Source of the DNA: Okeania sp.
GTDB taxonomy: Bacteria; Cyanobacteriota; Cyanobacteriia; Cyanobacteriales; Microcoleaceae
Length of the DNA: 32,000 nt
Assembly: GCF_035285525.1 (NCBI RefSeq)
Contig: NZ_JAYKGW010000106.1
Coordinates: forward strand, 1 to 32,000
Reading direction: 5' to 3'
Both the position numbers and the translations under genes were made by a program. Below the pieces are notes generated by a model. It did no database searches, had not been told where the DNA came from, and worked only from the letters and a program-made list of their open reading frames with translations. Below, piece after piece: positions 1-9,685 of this stretch (within the stretch, counting starts at the first letter, position 1; every line of letters starts with the position of its first letter).

Positions 1-120
1 CTAAATTATCAAGACCTCACTCACTATCAAAATATTATCGCTACTATTTATGAAACAATTTCTTTGATGAAAAAAGTCGATAAAATCATTAATAACTCTG
101 GCGGTTTTCCCATTCAATAA
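1..120 (+). CDS. 3'-terminal fragment (39 codons + stop) of an unidentified gene entering from the left edge
   Basis: Frame 1 is open from base 1 to TAA at 118-120 and reads LNYQDLTHYQNIIATIYETISLMKKVDKIINNSGGFPIQ*. Family not recognised. A diverged start-less copy of the tail recurs at ~1076-1194 (INYQDLIHWQNIISGIYERISLIKKIDEIINNSGGFPIK*). Broken copies lie in the tandem units at ~721-845 and ~895-1020. Confidence 0.35.
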   Translation, partial: LNYQDLTHYQNIIATIYETISLMKKVDKIINNSGGFPIQ

Positions 121-690
121 AATATTACTTTTGCTAAACATTTCCTCCGGAATGCTGTGCAAACAGCCATCAGCTAAAAGAATTATTCATTATTTTGCAT
201 TCTACCTGAATGCTTAGGAAGCGATCGCATTTCCACTCCCTAATACTCTTTTTCATTTTATTAAGCACCTGCGCAGAGCGAGTTACTTATCTCCAAAATA
301 CACGAAAATTTCTTGACAAGCAACCACCCTGTATTTCTTACATATCAATGTTTATAACAAATGGCCGAACCGACAGTGATCGCACCTAAATTATCCCCAT
401 TTTTCAGCCTAAAGAGCTACTTTCAACTTTTTTGGGAAAAATCAGTTTAAATTTCAAATATATTTGACAATATTTGATAATTTTCACTTATGTAAAAAAA
501 ATCAACCAACTATTAAACCTTAAAAAGCTTATAGATAAAGGTTTTCAGAATATAAAACTATAAATCATATTCTCAAGGTAAACTTTTAGTTTGAAAATAG
601 GTAAGTTACCAAGTATTAATAAGATGTAAATCATCTTCATTAACAAAGAAATCTAAAAGTTTGGAATTTTAATATTGACAGATATCAGGT

Positions 691-1194
691 GTGTCAAAAA
701 TGGTGAAAAGACCGTAAAAGTAGAGAAATAAATTATCAAGACCTCACCTACTACCAAAATATTATCCCTGGTATTTAGTCAACAATTTCTCTAATGAAAA
801 AAAGTCGATAAAATTCTTGATAATTCTGAGAGTTTTCTTAATTGAATAAAAGAATATTTAGGGGGTGTCAAAAATGGTGAAAAGACCGTAAAAGTAGAGA
901 AATAAATTATCAAGACCTCACCTACTACCAAAATATTATCCCTGGTATTTAGTCAACAATTTCTCTAATGAAAAAAGTCGATAAAATTCTTGATAATTCT
1001 GAGAGTTTTCTTAATTGAATAAAAGAATATTTAGGGTGTGTCAAAAATGGTGAAAAGACCGTAAAAGTAGAGAAATAAATTATCAAGACCTCATCCATTG
1101 GCAAAATATAATCTCTGGTATTTATGAAAGAATTTCTCTGATCAAAAAAATAGATGAAATTATTAATAATTCCGGCGGTTTTCCCATTAAATAG
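691..1194. repeat. Tandem array of three ~174-bp units (unit starts 691, 865, 1038)
   Basis: Units 1 and 2 are identical except one A-run length change and one substitution. Unit 3 shares the first ~55 nt (gtgtcaaaaatggtgaaaagaccgtaaaagtagagaaataaattatcaagacctca), then diverges toward the gene tail at 1-120. Confidence 0.9.
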
Positions 1195-1447
1195 TAAGTA
1201 TTCAGTTATTAGTCATCAGCTCTCAGCAAGCCTTATCTAAATTAAATTAAGGAGTTTCTCTAAATGAGTGTAGCCTTCAAAGTTATCTTTGATAGTAAAA
1301 CTAAATTTACCTCAATTAATAAAGCTTTTATTTCAAACTACTAAAATCAATAGCTGATAGCTAATAGCTGAATGCTTACCTAATAACTTAGTAAGATTAG
1401 CTGATGAACTTTTTATTAATAACTTTAATTATCTTTGCAGACTAATA

Positions 1448-1500
1448 TTAATTATCAATTATCAATTATCCATTATCCATTATTAATTATCCATTAATCC
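1448..1500. repeat. Heptanucleotide (STRR-like) tract, caattat/ccattat type, abutting the dnaA stop codon
   Basis: attaattatcaattatcaattatccattatccattattaattatccattaatcc has period 7 and ends 1-2 nt from the dnaA stop at 1502-1504. Confidence 0.85.
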
Positions 1501-1501
1501 T

Positions 1502-2866
1502 CTAGTCATTTCTAGAAAAATTAATTCTGTCGCTCAATTGTCTAATTGTTTGAGCTAAATTCAAATCACTACTTTGTAACTGACTAATTTTGTCACAACT
1601 ATACAAAACAGTAGTGTGGTCTTTTCCTCCAAAAACCTCACCAATTTTTGGCAAACTCAAATCAGTATGTTGTCGCATCAAATACATTCCTACCTGCCTT
1701 GCTAAAGTAATTTCTCGCTTTCTCGAAGTACCTTTCAAATCCTCAATAGATATTTTAAAATGATTGGAAACAACCTTAATAACCGCCTCTGGCGAAGCCT
1801 CCAACTTTTCCATTTGTGGATTTAAAATAGGAGCAATATTCTCCACAGTCATGGGCAAACCAGAAATAGAAATATAAGTAACAACCCTAGTCAAAGCACC
1901 TTCTAATTCCCGAATATTTGAAGGATATCTAGTTGCAATATATTCAATTACATCCCTGGGCAAAATCATATTTTCATACTCAGACTTTTTCAGTAAAATT
2001 GCCATCCGAGTTTCCAGATCTGGAGCTTGAATATCAGCAATTAATCCCATCGAAAATCGAGAACAAAGACGCTCTTGTAAACTAGGAATTTGATTAGGAG
2101 GTCTATCCGAAGCCAATACCACTTGTTTACCCGCTTCATGCAAAGTATTAAAAGTATGAAAAAATTCCTCCTGAGTATATTCCTTACCCTCAATAAATTG
2201 AATATCATCTACTAATAAAACATCCGCAGCTCGATAATGCTCCCTAAAACTTTGCAGACTATCTTTACGAATAGCAGCAATTAAATCATTAGTAAACTTT
2301 TCTGTAGAAACATAAAATATTTGAGAATCAGGAAAAATATCCAACCGATAATGACCAATAGCTTGCATTAAATGAGTTTTTCCTAAACCAACTCCACCAC
2401 ATAAAAATAAAGGATTAAACTCTTGTCCGGGAGACTCTGCAACTGCCAAAGAAGCTGCATGAGCCATACGATTATTCGGACCTACCACAAACCGAGAAAA
2501 CATATATTTCCGATTAAGATTTACTGGTTTAGGTTTAGGAATAGATAAATTTTCTACTGGAATATCCACTGTCCTATTTTCAGACCAAATAAATCCTGAT
2601 TTATCTTTTTCACCATTTTCAGTTACAGTTAAATAAATGTCTACTGGATAACCAAGAATATCATGTACAACATCAGCAATAGTTTTTATATAGTATTTCT
2701 GTAGCCAATTTCGAGCAAAAGGATTAGGAGTGCGAATTACTAAACAATTATTTTCTAATTGTTCAGGATAAGCTGTTTTAATCCAGGTTTCAAAAGTAGG
2801 TCTGCTTAATTGTAATTGCAGCCTTCCTAACACTTGGTTCCATAAATTATCAAGAGAAATTTCCAC
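1502..2866 (-). CDS. dnaA: Chromosomal replication initiator protein DnaA (454 aa, GTG start)
   Basis: Full-length ORF. N-terminus [13 protein letters not shown]; AAA+ Walker [11 protein letters not shown]; Walker B LLVDDIQF; C-terminal DNA-binding region ([15 protein letters not shown]). The minus-strand start codon is GTG (plus-strand cac at 2864-2866). Confidence 0.97.
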   Translation of the reverse strand: MEISLDNLWNQVLGRLQLQLSRPTFETWIKTAYPEQLENNCLVIRTPNPFARNWLQKYYIKTIADVVHDILGYPVDIYLTVTENGEKDKSGFIWSENRTVDIPVENLSIPKPKPVNLNRKYMFSRFVVGPNNRMAHAASLAVAESPGQEFNPLFLCGGVGLGKTHLMQAIGHYRLDIFPDSQIFYVSTEKFTNDLIAAIRKDSLQSFREHYRAADVLLVDDIQFIEGKEYTQEEFFHTFNTLHEAGKQVVLASDRPPNQIPSLQERLCSRFSMGLIADIQAPDLETRMAILLKKSEYENMILPRDVIEYIATRYPSNIRELEGALTRVVTYISISGLPMTVENIAPILNPQMEKLEASPEAVIKVVSNHFKISIEDLKGTSRKREITLARQVGMYLMRQHTDLSLPKIGEVFGGKDHTTVLYSCDKISQLQSSDLNLAQTIRQLSDRINFSRND

Positions 2867-2966
2867 TTTTATAGTTCTCAGATTTTACAGTTATTAGTTA
2901 TTATTTATCAGCTTTACAGTTATTATTTATCAGTATTTTAAACAGTTATCAGTTATCAACTAATAT

Positions 2967-3056
2967 GGTTCAGTTAAGACGAAAATTCCTATAATATGGA
3001 ACCATTATATAGACTTTTCAAGCTACATAAATGTCAAAAAAATCCTTAACTGAGCC
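2967..3056. mobile_element. MITE-like element, family A (TIR ggttcagttaag / cttaactgagcc), copy 1
   Basis: 90-bp unit with ~12-bp terminal inverted repeats. A second copy lies 242 bp away. Both are embedded in a larger duplicated block with cagttat heptamers (2943-3080 vs 3158-3316). Confidence 0.6.
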
Positions 3057-3208
3057 GTATTGAGTTATTCAGTTATCAGCTAACTGAAAAAATAGTTATA
3101 ATTCCCCATATAAGTTACAGTTGCTTTTCTTCTTTTCTACTCCCTCTTCCCTTTTGACAGTTATCAGTTATCAGCTTTACAGTTATTAGTCATCAGATCA
3201 GTCAATAT

Positions 3209-3298
3209 GCTTCAGTTAAAACGAAAATTCCTATAATATGGAACCGTTAGATAAACTTTTCCAACTACAGAAATGTCAAAAAAATTCTTAACTGAACC
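3209..3298. mobile_element. MITE-like element, family A, copy 2
   Basis: gcttcagttaaaacgaaaattcctataatatggaacc...cttaactgaacc is about 85-90% identical to 2967-3056 by eye. Confidence 0.6.
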
Positions 3299-3525
3299 GT
3301 ACTGAGTTATTCAATATATATTTTAATTTGACAAATTTATTGTTTTATGATTATCTAGGCAAGGCGAAACAGAGCTAAATTAAAATTAGTTAATTTAAGC
3401 TGATGTCTATGTCTGGGCAGCCAAAAGTTAATATTAACATTACCAATGGTGGAATCATTTAAGTTGCCTAAATTTAACTTTCAGGTCAACTGCCACTTTA
3501 CACATATCATCAATCAACCTATTAA

Positions 3526-4509
3526 ATGGCACAAACATTATTATTTAACGCTCTCCGTGCAGCCATTGATGAAGAAATGGCTCAAGACCCGACCGTATAT
3601 GTTCTTGGTGAAGATGTGGGTCATTATGGAGGTTCCTACAAAGTTACTAAAGACCTTTATCAAAAATATGGAGAACTGCGGGTTCTAGATACTCCTATTG
3701 CCGAAAATAGCTTTACAGGAATGGCCATTGGTTCGGCCTTAACTGGACTACGGCCAATCATTGAAGGCATGAATATGGGCTTTTTATTATTGGCCTTTAA
3801 CCAAATTGCTAATAATGCTGGAATGTTGCGCTATACTTCTGGGGGCAATTTCAAAATTCCTTTAGTAATTCGTGGCCCTGGTGGTGTGGGTCGTCAGTTG
3901 GGGGCAGAGCATTCCCAAAGATTGGAGGCTTATTTTCAAGCTGTTCCTGGTCTGAAGATAGTAGCTTGTTCTACTCCATATAATGCTAAAGGTTTACTTA
4001 AGTCAGCTATTCGTGATGAGAATCCGGTTTTATTTTTTGAACACGTTCTTCTTTATAATTTGAAGGAGGATTTACCAGAGGAAGAGTATTTATTGCCTTT
4101 GGATAAAGCGGAAGTGGTACGCAGTGGAAAAGATGTTACTATTTTGACTTATTCCCGAATGCGCCATCATGTTATTCAAGCATTAAAAACTTTGGAAAAA
4201 GAGGGTTACGATCCAGAGGTAATAGATTTAATATCTCTTAAACCTTTAGATTTTGAAACTATTAGTAATTCTATCAGGAAAACTCATCGAGTAATTATTG
4301 TTGAAGAGTGCATGAAAACTGGTGGTATTGCTGCTGAGTTAATTGCTTCTATTAATGAAAGATTATTTGATGAATTAGATGCACCTGTTTTGCGGTTGTC
4401 TTCTCAAGATATTCCTACTCCTTATAATGGTACTTTGGAAAGATTAACAATTGTACAGCCAGAACAGATTGTTGAAGCAGTACGAAATATGGTGGCAATG
4501 AAAGTTTAA
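3526..4509 (+). CDS. pdhB: Pyruvate dehydrogenase E1 component, beta subunit (327 aa)
   Basis: Typical E1-beta / transketolase-like pyrimidine-binding and C-terminal domains: [50 protein letters not shown]. Length matches E1-beta. Confidence 0.92.
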   Translation: MAQTLLFNALRAAIDEEMAQDPTVYVLGEDVGHYGGSYKVTKDLYQKYGELRVLDTPIAENSFTGMAIGSALTGLRPIIEGMNMGFLLLAFNQIANNAGMLRYTSGGNFKIPLVIRGPGGVGRQLGAEHSQRLEAYFQAVPGLKIVACSTPYNAKGLLKSAIRDENPVLFFEHVLLYNLKEDLPEEEYLLPLDKAEVVRSGKDVTILTYSRMRHHVIQALKTLEKEGYDPEVIDLISLKPLDFETISNSIRKTHRVIIVEECMKTGGIAAELIASINERLFDELDAPVLRLSSQDIPTPYNGTLERLTIVQPEQIVEAVRNMVAMKV

Positions 4510-4809
4510 TTTGAAGGAATAAGGAATAAGGAATAAGGAAGAAGGAAGAGGGTAAAAGGTAGATTAAATTTTTTGAGTGAAATTAATTCTGAACTTTCTG
4601 ACAATTAAATTCTTAACTAAATCTTTCCTACTTTATTTCTCTTTTTTTCTTCTTAATTCCTATGTTTTTTTTCAAATCAGCAATCAATAAAGTTACCCTG
4701 GGAAAGCTATTCATTATAGCAAACTAATAAAACTATTTTTTGCTAATAAAAATTAGGATGAAAAAGTAATTATTATTGTTAAATTCAATTCTCCTGAATA
4801 TAGATTAAA

Positions 4810-5086
4810 TAGGGCTTGCTGATTTATCGGGAACCGTAAAAGTCTTTTAGTAGCAGTAATAATCCAGCAATCCAGCAATCCAGCAATCTAGGAGGAATAG
4901 GAATTACAGAAGAGGTAGGAGGAAGAATTATACCTTGATTTTCTGCCATAATCAGCCGATTTTTCGGGAACCGTAAATCCTAAACTTTTGAGCTTGAGAG
5001 ACTAAAAAACTGGTACTTTTTACCTACCTGAAAATGCTAAAAAGTTTATCTGTAAAGGCTTTCATCAATAATTCAGCAAATAAATA
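4810..5086. mobile_element. MITE-like element, family C (end motif tagggYttgctgatttatcgggaaccgtaaaag; internal purine-rich block), copy 1
   Basis: Left end tagggcttgctgatttatcgggaaccgtaaaagtc. Internal (aatccagc)x3 and aggaggaataggaattacagaagaggtaggaggaag...ccttgattttct. Degenerate right end tcagcaaataaata. Confidence 0.55.
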
Positions 5087-5249
5087 GTTTTCAAAATTAA
5101 TTAGATATAAAATTTAGATCAAAAGCTTGTTTAAGAAGGAATAGATCAACAAAATTATTTGTTGATATACTTAATAAATAAATTTTTATAGGTCTGAATT
5201 TTATCGTATTTGTGATTCCTTGTATCTGTCTCTTTTTTTTCTAGTATAA

Positions 5250-5456
5250 TTAGAGTTTGCTGAAAAAAATCTGTTATTTAAGTAAGGAAACAGGGAAAAA
5301 TTTAGACTATTTGCTACGGCAAAATTTTCTGATAATTCCGAGTCGAAACTCTAAAACTTTAGATCAGACAAAAGCAATAAATATGTACTTTCTCAGGAAT
5401 TAAAAAAGCTAAAACCTTTATCTGTTAATTATTTCATCTTTAGTCAGTAAACCCTA
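5250..5456. mobile_element. MITE-like element, family C, degenerate copy 2
   Basis: Left end ttagagtttgctga. Right end aaaagctaaaacctttatctgt...tcagtaaaccctaa matches the right ends of the other copies. Confidence 0.45.
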
Positions 5457-5708
5457 ATTAATTTTTATTGCCAAAAAATAACTTTATAAAGCCTCTCCAT
5501 TTATGGATAAAAAAAAGAAAAAAAATTCTTTTGGAAAATCATAATTCTTTATTAGAAAAGATAATTATTAATTATTGAACCGCCTTCCTAAATTGATTAT
5601 ATAAATATACAATATAGATAGCAATTAGGGTAAATATTTTTAATGTATAAACCCTATTGGTTTTTCAGAGTAGAATGCCTATGTTACTTAATTATTTACT
5701 CCTATAAA

Positions 5709-5960
5709 TAGGGTTTGCTGATTGATCGGGAACCGTAAAAGTCTTTTTGTTAAGGATAGGAGTCAGAATCCAGAATCCAGAATAAGTAGGAATCATAGAG
5801 GAGATAGTAGTATGGAATCGTCCCTTGATTTTCTTTGCTGTTATCGCCTAAAATACCAACTTTTTGACTATGAAAAGATGAAAAAAAGGTATTTTGTCAG
5901 GCATAAAAAGGCTAAAATCTTTATATATTAATCTTTTCATATTTCCATACGCAAGCCCTA
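5709..5960. mobile_element. MITE-like element, family C, copy 3
   Basis: Left end tagggtttgctgattgatcgggaaccgtaaaagtc. Internal (gaatccag)x2 and purine block ...cccttgattttct. Right end aaaaggctaaaatctttat...acgcaagcccta. The 69-aa track ORF 5722-5931 lies wholly inside it. Confidence 0.55.
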
Positions 5961-6065
5961 AAGAAATGATTGAAAATAAATCAAAATAATTTTAGCTGAA
6001 GGCTGAAGGCTGATAGCTGACAGCTAATAGCTGCTAAAAAAATGCTACTTTAATCTAATTAAACT

Positions 6066-7451
6066 ATGCGTAAACAAAATTCTTATATAGCCTTAATCTT
6101 AGTTCTAGTTATCGCATCAATCACAATATTAACTCAAATTCCCATCCGTTTAGGACTAGACCTCAGAGGGGGGTCACAACTTACCATTCAACTACAAACC
6201 TCAGAAGAAATTCCTACTATTGACGAACGAGTAATGGAAGGAGTCCTAACCATAGTAGAAAATAGGGTCAATGCTCTCGGTGTATCCGAATCAGTAGTCC
6301 AATCTTTAGGACAAGACCAAATTCTAGTCCAACTACCAGGAGTAAATGACCCAGAACAAGCAGAACGGGTTTTAGGAGGAACAGCTCAATTAGACTTTCG
6401 AGAACAATTACAAGGTACTGAGCAACAATTACAAATAGAATATCAAATACAAAGAGAACTATTAGTAGAACAAGAATTACTCAGAAATAGTCAAGACCAA
6501 GAAACTATAGATAAAAACCTACAGTCTATCACAAAAGCAAATGAAGCGATCGCTCAACTATTTAAAGAACCAACTATTAAAGGTCAAGACCTCAGAGATG
6601 CTTTAGCGGAACCTGAAGCTCCTGGTTCTAATAATTGGAATGTAGCTTTACGTTTCACTTCTGAAGGAGGACAGAAATTTGCGGAACTGACCAAAAATTT
6701 AGCAGGAACTGGACGTAGTATCGGTATCTTCCTAGATAATAGATTAATCAGCGCTCCTACAGTAAGTGTGGAATTTGCCCAAACAGGTATTACTGGTGGT
6801 AATGCAATTATTCAAGGTAGATTTACTGCTGAACAAGCAAATGACCTAGCTGTACAACTCCGGGGTGGTGCTTTACCAGTCTCTGTAGAAATAGTTGAAA
6901 ATAGAACTGTTGGCGCAACTTTGGGTAGGGATAGTATTCAACGTAGTGTCTATGCTGGAATTGGTGGTTTAATTCTGGTGTTAGGATTTATGGTCTGGTA
7001 CTATAGATTACCTGGCATAATTGCTGATCTAGCTCTAATTATTTATGCTCTGTTTACCATTGCTAGTTTTTCCATCTTGGGTGTTACTTTAACATTACCA
7101 GGAATAGCTGGTTTTATCCTAAGTATTGGTATGGCAGTAGACGCTAATGTTTTGATTTTTGAACGGACAAGGGAAGAGTTACGAGCTGGTAAAACTTTAT
7201 ATCGTTCTGTAGAATCTGGCTTTTATCGTGCTTTTTCCAGTATTTTAGATGGTAATGTCACGACCTTAATTGCTTGTATAGCACTTTTCTGGTTAGGAAC
7301 TGGTTTGGTCAAAGGTTTTGCCCTAACCTTGGGTATTGGTGTAGCAATTAGTATGTTTACTGCTCTTACTTGTAGTAGAACATTAATGTTTTGGACAATT
7401 GGATTTTCCCAATTTCGCAAACCAGAATTATTCTGTCCAGAATTGAAATAA
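6066..7451 (+). CDS. secD: Protein translocase subunit SecD (461 aa)
   Basis: N-terminal TM helix, then LGLDLRGG, a periplasmic domain and a C-terminal 6-TM bundle with GIAGFILSIGMAVDANVLIFERTREE. Followed by secF. Confidence 0.95.
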   Translation: MRKQNSYIALILVLVIASITILTQIPIRLGLDLRGGSQLTIQLQTSEEIPTIDERVMEGVLTIVENRVNALGVSESVVQSLGQDQILVQLPGVNDPEQAERVLGGTAQLDFREQLQGTEQQLQIEYQIQRELLVEQELLRNSQDQETIDKNLQSITKANEAIAQLFKEPTIKGQDLRDALAEPEAPGSNNWNVALRFTSEGGQKFAELTKNLAGTGRSIGIFLDNRLISAPTVSVEFAQTGITGGNAIIQGRFTAEQANDLAVQLRGGALPVSVEIVENRTVGATLGRDSIQRSVYAGIGGLILVLGFMVWYYRLPGIIADLALIIYALFTIASFSILGVTLTLPGIAGFILSIGMAVDANVLIFERTREELRAGKTLYRSVESGFYRAFSSILDGNVTTLIACIALFWLGTGLVKGFALTLGIGVAISMFTALTCSRTLMFWTIGFSQFRKPELFCPELK

Positions 7452-7461
7452 TTTTATAATT

Positions 7462-7659
7462 AGGACTTACCCAAAGCAACCAAGAAACAGGGTTTTGGCC
7501 TGTGATCTTGTTGTTCATTCCACGAAATTTTCTCTATAAACCCAGTTTATGAGTAAGTTCCGACGGTTCCGGGTCACCAAGAAACCGGGTTTATTGCCGT
7601 AATATTTTTGTTAAAACCACAAAATTTTGTCTATAAAACCCGGTTTCTGTGTAAGTTCC
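7462..7659. mobile_element. MITE-like elements, family B (TIR aggacttacNca / tgNgtaagtcct): one full copy (7462-7561) plus one 5'-truncated copy (7575-7659)
   Basis: aggacttaccca...gagtaagttcc, then caccaagaaaccgggttt...aaacccggtttctgtgtaagttcc. They fill the secD-secF spacer. Confidence 0.6.
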
Positions 7660-7704
7660 AAATCAAAAGCTAATATCTAAAATCTCATTGGTTCAATTTT
7701 TAAG

Positions 7705-8691
7705 ATGAAAATAAGTGTTATAAAACAGCGATCGCTTTGGTGGACAATTTCTGGGACTATAATAATTAGTGGCCTAATTGCTATGGTAATTTCTTGGACT
7801 CGACCAGATATTAATGCCCCTTTACGTCCAAGTTTAGATTTTATTGGCGGTACTCGGTTACAACTAGAATTAGATTGTACCATACCCAACAACTGCAATA
7901 AAGCTATTACAGTTGCTGATGTGAGAAAAATAATGATCGACCAAGGTTTCACGAATAGTAGTATTCAGGTTGTCGGAGAAGATAAACGAGCTATTGACAT
8001 ACGCACCAAAACTTTAGATGTAGACGCTCGGACTAAATTAATCTCAGCTTTAAGTACAGAGTTTGGTAAATTTGACCCTGCTTCTACTCAAATTGATACA
8101 GTTGGTCCGACTTTAGGAAAACAAATTTTTACTTCTGGATTATCAGCTTTACTGGTCGCTTTTTTTGGTATTACGGTGTATCTGACTTTTAGGTTTCAGT
8201 TTGATTATGCTGTATTTGCTTTTGTTGCCCTATTCCATGACATATTAGTTACTGTTGGAATTTTCTCAATTCTTGGTTTAGTATTTGGTGTAGAAGTAGA
8301 TAGTTTATTTTTGGTGGCTTTACTAACAATTATTGGATTTTCTGTTAATGATACAGTAGTAATTTATGACCGAGTTCGGGAAGTAATTAAACGTTATCCA
8401 GGAGAATCAATTGATAAAATAGTTGATGATGCTGTAAATCAAACTTTAACCAGGTCGATTAATACAACTGTAACTACTTTATTACCATTAGTTGGTATTT
8501 TAATATTTGGTGGAGAAACTTTAAAATATTTAGCTTTAGCTTTAATTATTGGTTTTGTGGCAGGTTCTTATTCTAGTATATTTATTGCTAGTACACTTTT
8601 AGCTTGGTGGCGCGAACGTATTGGTGAATTTATTCCTAATCCTTTAGAAGAAAATTCCCAATTATTAGAAGGTCAAGAAAATACTGTTTAG
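7705..8691 (+). CDS. secF: Protein translocase subunit SecF (328 aa)
   Basis: LDFIGGT motif, 6-TM domain and [16 protein letters not shown] motif typical of SecF. Lies immediately downstream of secD. Confidence 0.95.
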   Translation: MKISVIKQRSLWWTISGTIIISGLIAMVISWTRPDINAPLRPSLDFIGGTRLQLELDCTIPNNCNKAITVADVRKIMIDQGFTNSSIQVVGEDKRAIDIRTKTLDVDARTKLISALSTEFGKFDPASTQIDTVGPTLGKQIFTSGLSALLVAFFGITVYLTFRFQFDYAVFAFVALFHDILVTVGIFSILGLVFGVEVDSLFLVALLTIIGFSVNDTVVIYDRVREVIKRYPGESIDKIVDDAVNQTLTRSINTTVTTLLPLVGILIFGGETLKYLALALIIGFVAGSYSSIFIASTLLAWWRERIGEFIPNPLEENSQLLEGQENTV

Positions 8692-8820
8692 ATTAATAAT
8701 GAATAATTAATAAGTGCTTATGCAAAATTAATGACAAATTCATATTAGACATCTCCAGTTTTATCCATAAATAATCAATTATTCCTTTCTATTTCCTATT
8801 CTTTATCTCAAAAATTAAAA

Positions 8821-9041
8821 TTTTCTTCTTCCTTCTTCCTTCTTCCTCTTTCCTTTTTCCTTCTTCCTCTTTCCTTCTTCCTTTTTCCTTCTTCCTCTTT
8901 CCTTTTTCCTTCTTCCTTCTTCCTTCTTCCTTCTTCCTTCTTCCTTCTTTCCTCTTTCCTCTTTCCTTCTTTCCTCTTTCCTCTTTCCTTCTTCCTTCTT
9001 CCTTCTTTCCTCTTTCCTCTTTCCTCTTTCCTTCTTCCTTC
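8821..9041 (+). repeat. 221-nt uninterrupted polypyrimidine (C/T only) tract of TTCC / CTTTCCT-type short repeats
   Basis: Reading 8821-9041 base by base, I found no A or G on the plus strand. The tract ends 1 nt before the ATG at 9043. Confidence 0.95.
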
Positions 9042-9042
9042 A

Positions 9043-9423
9043 ATGTCTAAAAAAGAGCCAGTTTTACAAGTTCAAGTAGAGAGATTTTACAGATTAACAG
9101 TCTATTTCAGATGGTTAATAGCTCTTTTTCTTTGGAGTACAATTGGTTCTTTAAGTATATGGAATTTACGAAGAGAAATTGCTTTATGGATAGAACATTT
9201 TACTTGGGTTTCTCTACGTTATGCTCTAGCTTATCATCAACTACCTGCTATTGGTTTAAGTCTATGTCTTGGCACTACAACTGCTATTTTAGTTTGGCAA
9301 AGTAAACATATTATTTGGGGTATATCTCCAGAAGAACAAAAGCGTTTAGAACAACAAGTACGACAGATTAATCATCAAGGCCAAACTCATCCTTTATGGA
9401 AGTGGGTAATTCCAGATCACTGA
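9043..9423 (+). CDS. Hypothetical small membrane protein (126 aa)
   Basis: ORF with two or three hydrophobic helices (WLIALFLWSTIGSLSIW; LPAIGLSLCLGTTTAILVW). Codon composition resembles its neighbours. No Shine-Dalgarno is possible because the upstream 221 nt are all pyrimidine. Confidence 0.55.
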   Translation: MSKKEPVLQVQVERFYRLTVYFRWLIALFLWSTIGSLSIWNLRREIALWIEHFTWVSLRYALAYHQLPAIGLSLCLGTTTAILVWQSKHIIWGISPEEQKRLEQQVRQINHQGQTHPLWKWVIPDH

Positions 9424-9466
9424 AATTAATCTATAGTAATTAAAGTTTCCTCAAAAAAGCATAGTG

Positions 9467-9660
9467 TGGAAAAGGTGGGAATATAGAGCAAAGTAGAAGA
9501 AATAATTGTGCTTTGATTTTCGTTTCCAAATCTTAGCCAAATACTAACTTTTTCAGCTTGATAAACCCAAAATATTGTACTTTTACAGTTCCCGAAAAAT
9601 CAGTGAAAATTCTATAGTCTTTACCTGTCAATACTTTTATCTTTAAATCAGCAAACCCTA
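9467..9660. mobile_element. Family C MITE-like element, partial copy
   Basis: Purine block ggaaaaggtgggaatatagagcaaagtagaagaaataattgtgctttgattttcg, then acttttacagttcccgaaaaatcag (reverse complement of the gggaaccgtaaaag motif). Right end atcagcaaaccctaa. Confidence 0.5.
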
Positions 9661-9685
9661 ATTATTAATTATTAATTATTAATTA

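Noticed and set aside
1-1194. Diversity-generating retroelement (VR at the gene 3' end, TR copy downstream)
   Set aside because: Differences between the gene tail (1-120) and its copies affect all four bases rather than being adenine-specific. No reverse transcriptase ORF is present.
1264-1344. 26-aa micro-ORF (MSVAFKVIFDSKTKFTSINKAFISNY) preceded by aaggag
   Set aside because: The SD-like sequence at good spacing is the only support. The ORF is too short and compositionally ordinary for AT-rich DNA to be called without conservation or expression data.
2867-3525. oriC next to dnaA
   Set aside because: I found no cluster of DnaA boxes (TTATCCACA / TTTTCCACA) flanking dnaA. Perfect boxes are isolated and scattered at 9465-9473 (minus), 11405-11413, 13702-13710 (inside a repeat) and 14757-14765 (inside a CDS). 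The ttatcca heptamers at 1460-1495 lack the CACA half. dnaN is not adjacent.
3446-3688. 80-aa plus-strand ORF overlapping the pdhB start
   Set aside because: It is out of frame with, and largely overlapped by, the well-supported pdhB CDS, and its composition is not protein-like.
5722-5931. 69-aa ORF in the pdhB-secD gap
   Set aside because: It lies entirely inside a family C MITE-like copy. The equivalent region of the other copies is not open.
8789-9043. 84-aa minus-strand ORF (K/E/G/R-rich)
   Set aside because: It is simply the translation of the purine strand of the 221-nt homopurine/homopyrimidine tract. It is low complexity with no independent gene signals.
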